19,784 nucleotides of DNA from Candidatus Eiseniibacteriota bacterium (GTDB taxonomy: Bacteria; Eisenbacteria; RBG-16-71-46; JABDJR01), in the NCBI GenBank assembly GCA_963783375.1, contig CAWANH010000026.1, forward strand, positions 1 through 19,784. The letters run 5' to 3'. This document shows, one piece after another, positions 8,236 to 15,052 of the stretch. How positions within the stretch are numbered: position 1 is the first letter of the stretch; each line of letters begins with the position of its first letter. A program made the translations under genes and the position numbers. Under the pieces are notes generated by a model that saw only the letters and a list, made by a program, of their open reading frames with translations, ran no database searches and had not been told where the DNA came from.

Positions 8236-9390
8236 TCACGCCGCCTCCACCTCGGGGATCCGGAGCAGTCGCCGCTCGCCGAGGTGCTCCACCAAACGCA
8301 TCCGGATGGCCTCGGTGCGGGCCACGTTGTGGACGCGGATCTGGAACATCTGCAGCTGTCCCTTCGCTCCATCGTTGTAACACTTCCCCTCGATCAACCC
8401 GGCGGTCTTCGAGGCCAGGATCTCCGCCCGCACGCCGACCGTGGCCGGGCCCTCGGACATCCGGGTGAAGCGGATTTCCGCGATGCCCTCGATCCGGCAG
8501 ATCTCCTGAAACAGGAACCGCGGCTGGGACGGCAGGTCGGCCAGATCCTTCACGTTCCGATCCCAGATGGTGGTATGCGCCTTGGGTGAGAAGACCCGCA
8601 CCTTGAGCGGGCGCGGCTGGACCTTGACCTCCGGGCCGTGCGCCGGGCGCGCCCGCACCGGCCCGGGCCGCCGCCGCGCGTCGTAGCTTTCCCAGGCCTC
8701 CCGCACCCCGGCGAAGTCGTTGTGGCGGAGAGGATCCCCCTCGACGTCGGCCAGGACCGCCCACACCGCCTCCCGGACCGCCGCCGAGGTCACCTTCCCC
8801 TTGGCCGGCGCCCGGGATCCGGCCAGGATCTCGAGCGCCCGCGGCACCACCACCGGCGGGAGCAGGGTGTCGCTTCGCCCGGCATCCCGGCAGGCGCTTC
8901 GCACCGACGCCACCAGCTTGTGCCGGTCGAAGGGCTCCTCCTTGCCGCTCCGCTTCACGACCACCCGGAGGTTGCTCTGGGAGCGAAGGATGGCGCGGAG
9001 GGACCGCATGGCCTGGGTCACCGTTTCCTCGACCGCGTCGGCGTAGTAGGCCAGGATCCGGCTGTTCAGCCGGTTCGGATCCGCCACCACCACCGGGATC
9101 CCGTGGGTCTTGGCGTGAACCGCGCCGACCGCCGAGCCGACCGATTCCTTCCACATGTTGACCAGCATCCCGTCCGCGCCCTCGAGCGCGGACTCGATGC
9201 GCCGGACGATCTCGTAGGACTGCTGATCGTCCTTGACCAGGTAGGTCTCGTCGGTCGGATCGATGAAGGTGAAGTCGCCTCCCCACCGGTCCTTGACCCG
9301 GAGCCGCCACCCCTCGCGCTGGTCCCGGTTGCACCCGGTGATGGGGCCGGCCAGGTAAACCACCGGTCTCCGCGTCTTCTTCGGTGACAT
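8236..9390 (-). CDS. Three-domain protein: nucleoside 2-deoxyribosyltransferase-like + ATP-cone + DUF2103-like (384 aa)
   Basis: ATG 9390 with SD-like AAGGATGAGG. aa 9-135 NDT-like ('VYLAGPITG..W..IDP..ADGMLV..SVGSAVG..A..GIPVVV'). aa 143-240 ATP-cone ('VVKRSGKEEPFDRHKLVASVRSA...VTSAAVREAVWAVL...VREAWESY'). aa 270-355 alpha/beta domain recalling DUF2103 ('HTTI', 'GVRAEI', 'QMFQIRV'). Confidence 0.75.
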   Translation of the reverse strand: MSPKKTRRPVVYLAGPITGCNRDQREGWRLRVKDRWGGDFTFIDPTDETYLVKDDQQSYEIVRRIESALEGADGMLVNMWKESVGSAVGAVHAKTHGIPVVVADPNRLNSRILAYYADAVEETVTQAMRSLRAILRSQSNLRVVVKRSGKEEPFDRHKLVASVRSACRDAGRSDTLLPPVVVPRALEILAGSRAPAKGKVTSAAVREAVWAVLADVEGDPLRHNDFAGVREAWESYDARRRPGPVRARPAHGPEVKVQPRPLKVRVFSPKAHTTIWDRNVKDLADLPSQPRFLFQEICRIEGIAEIRFTRMSEGPATVGVRAEILASKTAGLIEGKCYNDGAKGQLQMFQIRVHNVARTEAIRMRLVEHLGERRLLRIPEVEAA

Positions 9391-9448
9391 GGCCTCATCC
9401 TTCCCGCGCCGGCCCGGGGCCGCCCCGGAGCGACGGACCCGCCCCGGC

Positions 9449-10102
9449 TCAAGCCGCCCGCGACCGGCCTTCGCCTTCCGGACCCCGCTCCTCCGCGTCG
9501 GTTGCATCCGTCGGTTCGGGGGGCGCGTCCGCATCCCCCACCGCGTCCTCGTCCCGCGGCCCGGAGGGCGCGTCCTCCGAGGCCTCGATCATGGCGGCCA
9601 CGATTCCGGGGGTATCCGCCAGTTCGCGCTCCGCCCGCAGCCGCCCCGCCCGGGCCCGGGCCCGCCCGCGCTCGATCCGCGCCAGGAAATCCGCCACCGG
9701 GACCACCACGCCGCCGAGGGCGTCGGCCTCCCGGGCCAGAGCCTCGTCGCCGGTGACCACCTCGATCGGCTCACCCTCCTGGATGGTGGCGATGGTGAAG
9801 CCGCGGATCATCTCCTCGACCGAGCAGGACGGAGCCACGGTCAGGGTGATCACCCGGAAGGGCTCGCCCGGCTCCCAGGGATCCCCCCCCAGGGTCTCGT
9901 CGCCAAGGTAGCGCGGGTCCACGATGAGCACTACCGGCTGGTGAAGGGTGGTCCAGGCCTCGTCCAGGCGATCGCCCAGCTCCCGGACGGCGGCCATCGT
10001 TCCCGCCGCCAGCGCCAGCTCCTCCAGCCCCGGATCCCCGGTGATGAGGCTCCTAGTCTCCACGATGACCATCGGTCGCACCACGTTCGACGAACCGTTC
10101 AA
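9449..10102 (-). CDS. NYN/YacP-like PIN-fold protein with a degenerate active site and an acidic C-terminal tail
   Basis: TTG start with AGGAG 6 nt upstream (alternative ATG 10072). Pattern 'MVIVETRSL...VVLIVD...SVEEMI...IEVVTGDEALAREADALGGVVVPVADFL' parallels NYN 'lIVDGyNl...vvFD...sADd.I...vVTSD..L...a...Ga..vs...F'. Confidence 0.6.
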   Translation of the reverse strand: MNGSSNVVRPMVIVETRSLITGDPGLEELALAAGTMAAVRELGDRLDEAWTTLHQPVVLIVDPRYLGDETLGGDPWEPGEPFRVITLTVAPSCSVEEMIRGFTIATIQEGEPIEVVTGDEALAREADALGGVVVPVADFLARIERGRARARAGRLRAERELADTPGIVAAMIEASEDAPSGPRDEDAVGDADAPPEPTDATDAEERGPEGEGRSRAA

Positions 10103-10292
10103 CTTCCGCTCCTCTCGGTGTTGGGCCGGCTCCCGGCGTTCCCCGCGCCGGGAGAAGGCCCCTCAACATCGCCCGCGCCCGGCCGGCCCGGAGTCTTGCC
10201 CCGGGGGACCCCACGAACCGGGATTTGCCTCGCTCTATTTGCCAATAGCAAATTCAACCCAGCCAACCGATACGATGCCTCCTCCTTTCCCC

Positions 10293-10322
10293 TTGACTTC
10301 ATGTAGTCATAAGCACTACATT
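10293..10322 (+). promoter_or_regulatory. Sigma70-like promoter TTGACT-N18-TACATT toward sbcD, containing a 7-7-7 inverted repeat
   Basis: TTGACT 10293-10298 and TACATT 10317-10322. ATGTAGT(10301-10307)-N7-ACTACAT(10315-10321) spans the spacer and the -10. Confidence 0.5.
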
Positions 10323-10372
10323 GCGTTGCGTCGGCATGGCTCCGGCTTCATTTGCCTTCGGCGAAGGGGTCG

Positions 10373-10401
10373 AGTCTATCATGTATTTGCGGTGGAGTCA
10401 A
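10373..10401 (-). promoter_or_regulatory. Sigma70-like promoter TTGACT-N17-TAGACT with extended -10 TG, toward the NYN/NDT genes
   Basis: Minus strand reads TTGACT ccaccgcaaatacaTGa TAGACT (plus AGTCTA 10373-10378, AGTCAA 10396-10401). Confidence 0.6.
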
Positions 10402-10453
10402 TATTCTCGCACTGCCATCGTAACCGGTTGTCGCGTCGTTTCCTGGGGGCTGG

Positions 10454-11707
10454 ATGCGGTTTCTCCATACGTCGGACTGGCATCTGGGCCGACTCTTCCA
10501 CGGCACCCACCTGACCGGGGACCAGGCCCACCTGCTGGACCAGCTGGTCGAGCTGGCCACCGGCTCGAGGCTCGACGCCGTTCTCATCTCCGGCGACATC
10601 TACGACCGGGCCGTTCCCCCCACCGACGCGGTCCACCTCCTCGACGACACCTTGACCCGGATCGTGGAGGGGGCCGGGATTCCGGTCGTCCTCATCGCCG
10701 GAAACCACGACAGCCCCGACCGGCTGGGATTCGGCTCCCGGCTCCTCGCCGCGCGCGGCCTCCACCTCTTCGGGGCCCTCGACGCCGGGCCCCAGGGGGT
10801 GCCCCTGTCGGATGACCACGGTCCGGTCCGGATCGACGTCGTCCCCTACGCCGAGCCCTCGGTGGTCCGGGAGAGGCTCGGTCTGGACGCCGTCCACGAC
10901 CATGACGCGGCCATGCGGGCGATCCTCGACGGCCTTCGGGGTTCCGGGGCGGGCGGGAAGGCGAAGGGGGGCAAGACGGCGTCCGGCGGGCGGCCGAGGC
11001 GCATCCTCATGGCCCACGCCTTCGTGGCCGGCGGCTCGGTGAGCGATTCGGAGCGCCCGCTCTCGGTGGGTGGCGCGGGCACGGTGGGCGCCGACGCCTT
11101 CGACGGCTTCGACTACGTCGCCCTCGGCCACCTGCACCGCCCCCAGGCCGTGGGGCGCGAGACCCTGAGCTACTCCGGCTCGCTCTTCAAGTACTCGTTC
11201 TCCGAGGCGGAACACGAAAAGTCGGTGAGCCTGGTCGAGATGGATGCCGGCGGCGGATGCCGCGTCGAACGGGTCGCGCTCACCCCCCGCCGCGATGTCC
11301 GCCGGATCGAGGGGACGCTCCAGGATCTCCTCCGCGGCCCCGCGAGCGGCGAGAGCCGCGACGACTATCTGGAGGTCACCCTTCTCGACAAGCAGGCCGT
11401 CCTGGATCCCATGGGAAAGCTCCGCGAGATCTATCCCAACGCGATGGACCTCAGGTTTCCCGCGGCCGGCGGGGGCGGCGGCGGAGCCTCGGCGGGCGAT
11501 CACCGGAAGGTCGGCGAGGCCGAGCTCTTCGGGGATTTCTTCCGCGAGGTCACCGGCGACGACCTGACCGGGGAGGAGGCGGCGGAGTTCGGCCGGATCG
11601 TGGACGCCATGCACGCGGAGGAGCGCGAAGCGGCCGGAGGGCGCGGCGGCTCCCGGAACGACGGGGTCTCGGAACCGCCGGCCGCGGATCCGGAAGCGGC
11701 GCGATGA
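10454..11707 (+). CDS. sbcD: Exonuclease SbcCD subunit D (Mre11-like)
   Basis: Metallophosphoesterase motifs 'HTSDWHLG', 'SGDIYD', 'AGNHDS', 'MAHAFV', 'SDSERPL', 'YVALGHLH', 'YSGSLFKYSFSE'. Confidence 0.96.
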   Translation: MRFLHTSDWHLGRLFHGTHLTGDQAHLLDQLVELATGSRLDAVLISGDIYDRAVPPTDAVHLLDDTLTRIVEGAGIPVVLIAGNHDSPDRLGFGSRLLAARGLHLFGALDAGPQGVPLSDDHGPVRIDVVPYAEPSVVRERLGLDAVHDHDAAMRAILDGLRGSGAGGKAKGGKTASGGRPRRILMAHAFVAGGSVSDSERPLSVGGAGTVGADAFDGFDYVALGHLHRPQAVGRETLSYSGSLFKYSFSEAEHEKSVSLVEMDAGGGCRVERVALTPRRDVRRIEGTLQDLLRGPASGESRDDYLEVTLLDKQAVLDPMGKLREIYPNAMDLRFPAAGGGGGGASAGDHRKVGEAELFGDFFREVTGDDLTGEEAAEFGRIVDAMHAEEREAAGGRGGSRNDGVSEPPAADPEAAR

Positions 11708-14700
11708 GGCCGATCCGTCTCTCCATGACCGCCTTCGGCCCCTTCGGCGAAACCCAGGTCCTGGATTTCACCGAGCTGGGCTCGAGCACCCTCTTCCTGA
11801 TTCACGGTCCAACCGGTTCGGGAAAGACCAGCATTTTGGACGCGGTGTGCTTCGCGCTCTACGGCGAAAGCTCGGGGGATGAGCGCGACGGGCGCGCGCT
11901 TCGAAGCGACCACGCCGGGGCGACGGTAGAGACCGAGGTGAGCTTCGACTTCCTGGTGGGGGAGCGCCGGTACCGGGTTCTGCGCGCGCCCCAGCAGGAG
12001 CGGGCCAAGAAGCGGGGGACGGGGACCACGGTGGTGCCGCCGCGGGCCACCCTGTGGAGGCTCCGGGACGCGGACGGCGACGGTGAGGTCCTGGCTTCCC
12101 AGTGGAGCAGGGTGACCGGGGGGGTGGAGGATCTCCTGGGATTCAGCGCGGCGGAGTTCCGCCAGGTGATCATGCTCCCCCAGGGGCAATTCCAGGATTT
12201 TCTGAAGGGGCGATCCGACGACCGGCAGAGGATTCTGGAGGTGCTCTTCGAGACCGGCCTCTACCGGCGGATCGAGAACGCGCTGAAGGCGGAGGCGCGC
12301 GGCCTGGAGAAGCAGGTGAACGACCTTCGGGCTCGAAACGCCCTGATTCTGGAGCAGGCGGGGGTGGAGACGGCGGGGGAACTGGGCGAGCGTCTCGACG
12401 GGTTGCGCGCCGGAGCCCGCGACCTCGAAGCCGGGTTGAAGTCCCTGAAGGCGGGTCGTGACGAGGCGGGAAGGCGGCTGGTGTCGGCGCGACGCGACGT
12501 GGAGAAGCTCGACGCCCGGCACGAGGCGGAGGCGGCGCTCGGAAAGCTCCGGGCCCGCGCCGACGGGATCGCCCGGCTCCAGGAGAAGTTCAACCGGGCC
12601 TGCGCCGCAGCGACCCTGGAGGAGCCGGAGAAGAATCTCCGGGTTCGCGAGGACGAGTTGGCCGGGGCCGAAGCCCGGGAGAAGGATCTGGGAACGGCGT
12701 TCACCGGGGCACGGAAGCGGTTGATCGAGGCGCGGAAGAACCTGACCGCCCAGGCGGCGCGAAAGGACGAACGCGAGGCGGCGGCGCGCGAGGTGATCCG
12801 GCTGGAGGGCCTGACCGGCAAGGTGAATGAACTGGCCGCGGCCGGAATCGCGGCGGAGGCGGCGGCGAAGAAGCTCGAGGAAGCCGTCGCCGCCCACGAC
12901 CACGTGATCCGGGACCGGGACGTGGTGGAGAAGGATCTGGCGGCAAAGCGCGGGGTGGCGACCGAGGCCGGGCGGGTCGCCGCCGGACTCGACGGCCGCC
13001 GGATCCGGGTGAGCGAGCTGGAACGGGTGGGGAAGGGGCTCGAGGAGCTTGCCGCCGCCCGGGAGAAGCTGTCGGCGCTGGAGGCCGCCGAGGTCAAAGC
13101 GGCCCGGGCGGAGAAAGCGGCCGCCGAGGGGCTCGAACGGGCGTCGAAGGAACTGGAAACGCTCACTGAAACCTGGTCCCGCGGACAGGCGACGCTTCTG
13201 GCCGGCGAGCTGGTCGAGGGCGCGCCCTGCCCGGTCTGCGGATCCACCGAGCATCCGCACCCCGCGCGCGCTTCCGAGGAGGTTCCCACCGAGGCGAAGC
13301 TCGCCTCGCTACGGCAGGCGGCGAAGCGCGCGGGGGAGGAGCACGAGCGTCTCCGGAAAGAGCTGGTCCGGTCCCGGAGCGAGGTGGGCGAAACCCGGGC
13401 GGGCATCGTCGTGCTGGTGAGGACGCTGGAGGAGGAGGCCGCCACCGGTCCCGATGTCCTGGCCGCGCGCCTTCGGGAGGCGCGGGCGGACCTGGACGCC
13501 GCGGAGAAGGCGGTGAAGACCGGGAAGACCCTGGCCGCCGAGATCGGGGATCTTGGCGAACGGCTCGAAGTGCTTCAGAAGCGGATAGAGACGTCGGCCG
13601 GGGAGCTGACGGAAGCCCGGTCGACTTCGGACCGGGCCGGCGAGCGGGCGGCTCGGCTGGCCGGAGACGTGCCCGAAGCGCTTCGATCCCCGGGAGCCCT
13701 GGAGAAGGCACTCGAAACCGCGCGGACGATCGCGGCCGCGCTGGCGCGCGCGTTCGAGGCCGCGCAGACGGACCATGCCGACGCGGAGAATGATCGGACC
13801 AAGGCGGAGGCGGACGCGACCGCCGCCCGGGAGCAGGCGCTCAAGATCCGCGAGACCGTCTCGGATCTGCGCGCGAATTTCCTGGCCCGGGTGACGGAGG
13901 AGGATTTCGCATCGGAAGAGGACTACCGGGCGGCGCGGCTTACCCCGGAGGACCGGGACCGGTTCGGCAAGGAGATCCAGGATCACCGTCTCGAGTCGAA
14001 ATCGGCCGAGGACCGGGTGAGGCGGACGCGCGAGGAGTCGAAGGGGATCGAAACGCCCGACCTGGACGGGCTCACGGCGAAGGCGGCGGAGGCGGAAGGG
14101 GAGGTCGACGCGGCGGCGAAGGAGTTGAACGGCCTCGAGAAGGATGCCAAGCAGGCCGAAGACTGGCTCGCCCGTTTGGGCAGGACCGCCGTCGAGGCGT
14201 CCCGGTTGGAGGATCGCTACGGCGTGGTGGGACGAGTGGCCGACGCGGCCAACGGCCAGAACACCCTGCGCATGACCTTCCAGCGATTCGTCCTCGCCAC
14301 GCTCCTGGAACGGGTTCTGGTGGCCGCCACCGCGAGGCTCCTCGACATGAGCCGGGGGCGGTTCCGGCTCCAGCGGGCGCGGGAGCAGGCCGACCGGCGC
14401 GCGGCCGGGGGGCTGGACCTCGAGGTCTTCGACGCCCACACCGGAACCCAGCGTTCGGTCACCACCCTTTCCGGCGGCGAGAGCTTTCAGGCCGCGCTCT
14501 CCCTCGCCCTGGGTCTGGCCGACGTGGTGCAGTCCTACGCGGGCGGTCTCCGCATGGACACGATCTTCGTGGACGAGGGCTTCGGTTCCCTGGATTCCGA
14601 GGCCCTGGACCTGGCGCTCAACACCCTCATGGACCTCCGCCGGAGCGGCCGTCTGGTGGGCATCATCTCCCACGTGGACGGCCTGAAGGAGCGGATCGAC

Positions 14701-14760
14701 GCCCGGCTGGAGGTCCGCCCCGGCCCCCGGGGGAGCACCGCCCGATTCGTGACGCCGTGA
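11704..14760 (+). CDS. sbcC: Exonuclease SbcCD subunit C (Rad50-like SMC ATPase)
   Basis: ATG 11704 overlaps the sbcD TGA. Walker A 'GPTGSGKT', Q-loop 'MLPQGQF', zinc hook 'CPVCGS', signature 'LSGGE', Walker B 'IFVDEGFGSLD', H-loop 'IISHV', long coiled coils. Confidence 0.96.
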   Translation: MRPIRLSMTAFGPFGETQVLDFTELGSSTLFLIHGPTGSGKTSILDAVCFALYGESSGDERDGRALRSDHAGATVETEVSFDFLVGERRYRVLRAPQQERAKKRGTGTTVVPPRATLWRLRDADGDGEVLASQWSRVTGGVEDLLGFSAAEFRQVIMLPQGQFQDFLKGRSDDRQRILEVLFETGLYRRIENALKAEARGLEKQVNDLRARNALILEQAGVETAGELGERLDGLRAGARDLEAGLKSLKAGRDEAGRRLVSARRDVEKLDARHEAEAALGKLRARADGIARLQEKFNRACAAATLEEPEKNLRVREDELAGAEAREKDLGTAFTGARKRLIEARKNLTAQAARKDEREAAAREVIRLEGLTGKVNELAAAGIAAEAAAKKLEEAVAAHDHVIRDRDVVEKDLAAKRGVATEAGRVAAGLDGRRIRVSELERVGKGLEELAAAREKLSALEAAEVKAARAEKAAAEGLERASKELETLTETWSRGQATLLAGELVEGAPCPVCGSTEHPHPARASEEVPTEAKLASLRQAAKRAGEEHERLRKELVRSRSEVGETRAGIVVLVRTLEEEAATGPDVLAARLREARADLDAAEKAVKTGKTLAAEIGDLGERLEVLQKRIETSAGELTEARSTSDRAGERAARLAGDVPEALRSPGALEKALETARTIAAALARAFEAAQTDHADAENDRTKAEADATAAREQALKIRETVSDLRANFLARVTEEDFASEEDYRAARLTPEDRDRFGKEIQDHRLESKSAEDRVRRTREESKGIETPDLDGLTAKAAEAEGEVDAAAKELNGLEKDAKQAEDWLARLGRTAVEASRLEDRYGVVGRVADAANGQNTLRMTFQRFVLATLLERVLVAATARLLDMSRGRFRLQRAREQADRRAAGGLDLEVFDAHTGTQRSVTTLSGGESFQAALSLALGLADVVQSYAGGLRMDTIFVDEGFGSLDSEALDLALNTLMDLRRSGRLVGIISHVDGLKERIDARLEVRPGPRGSTARFVTP

Positions 14761-14976
14761 CTTCGCGGGCGCGGGTTCCTGTTCCGGGTCGGCGACGGCA
14801 GTTCATGAGGCGGGGCCGGCGGCTCGGAGTCTCCGCGGTGCGGTTTCGGCTGCGGGCGCGAACCGTCCCCGGCGCGGACGTCGGGAGGCGCCGGGGTCCG
14901 ACGGCCGGCGGAAGGAATCGCGGCGCCGCCCCCTGCCGATGGGCCCAAGAAAATTTCTCTACCGCGCACCTTGTTG

Positions 14977-15010
14977 TTGACGAATACCAGTCATACGAAT
15001 AGTATATTCG
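14977..15010 (+). promoter_or_regulatory. Sigma70-like promoter TTGACG-N17-TAGTAT with an overlapping palindrome CGAATA-N3-TATTCG
   Basis: TTGACG 14977-14982, TAGTAT 15000-15005, inverted repeat at 14996-15010; ~45 nt upstream of the HNH gene start. Confidence 0.65.
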
Positions 15011-15052
15011 GTACGAGCCGGATTCCACCGCGCGAAGGACGGGATAGCGCAA

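Noticed and set aside
6153-9390. Retron system (msr-msd-like inverted repeat plus an NDT effector)
   Set aside because: No reverse transcriptase is present in the window, and rmuC on the opposite strand separates the RNA rod from the NDT gene.
10295-10360. c-di-GMP-I riboswitch on the minus strand (GGCAAA...GACGCAA)
   Set aside because: The segment between the two motifs does not form the GNRA-capped hairpin, and the downstream receptor stem is missing.
11257-11703. N-terminal extension of SbcC in the ORF track (also the extensions of the 42..1925, 4214..6169, 6738..8210 and 8236..9534 ORFs)
   Set aside because: They overlap upstream genes or intergenic DNA and are low-complexity. SD sites, ATGA overlaps or domain boundaries support the shorter starts.
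87-14673. Long antisense or alternative-frame ORFs (e.g. 87..1397, 1825..3042, 10379..11614, 11500..13260, 13309..14673)
   Set aside because: Shadow ORFs expected in high-GC DNA opposite well-supported genes; no recognisable motifs.
10454-14760. SbcCD as a Lamassu/Wadjet-like SMC defence system
   Set aside because: All motifs match canonical housekeeping SbcD/SbcC, including the zinc hook, and no co-oriented effector or kleisin gene lies in the operon.
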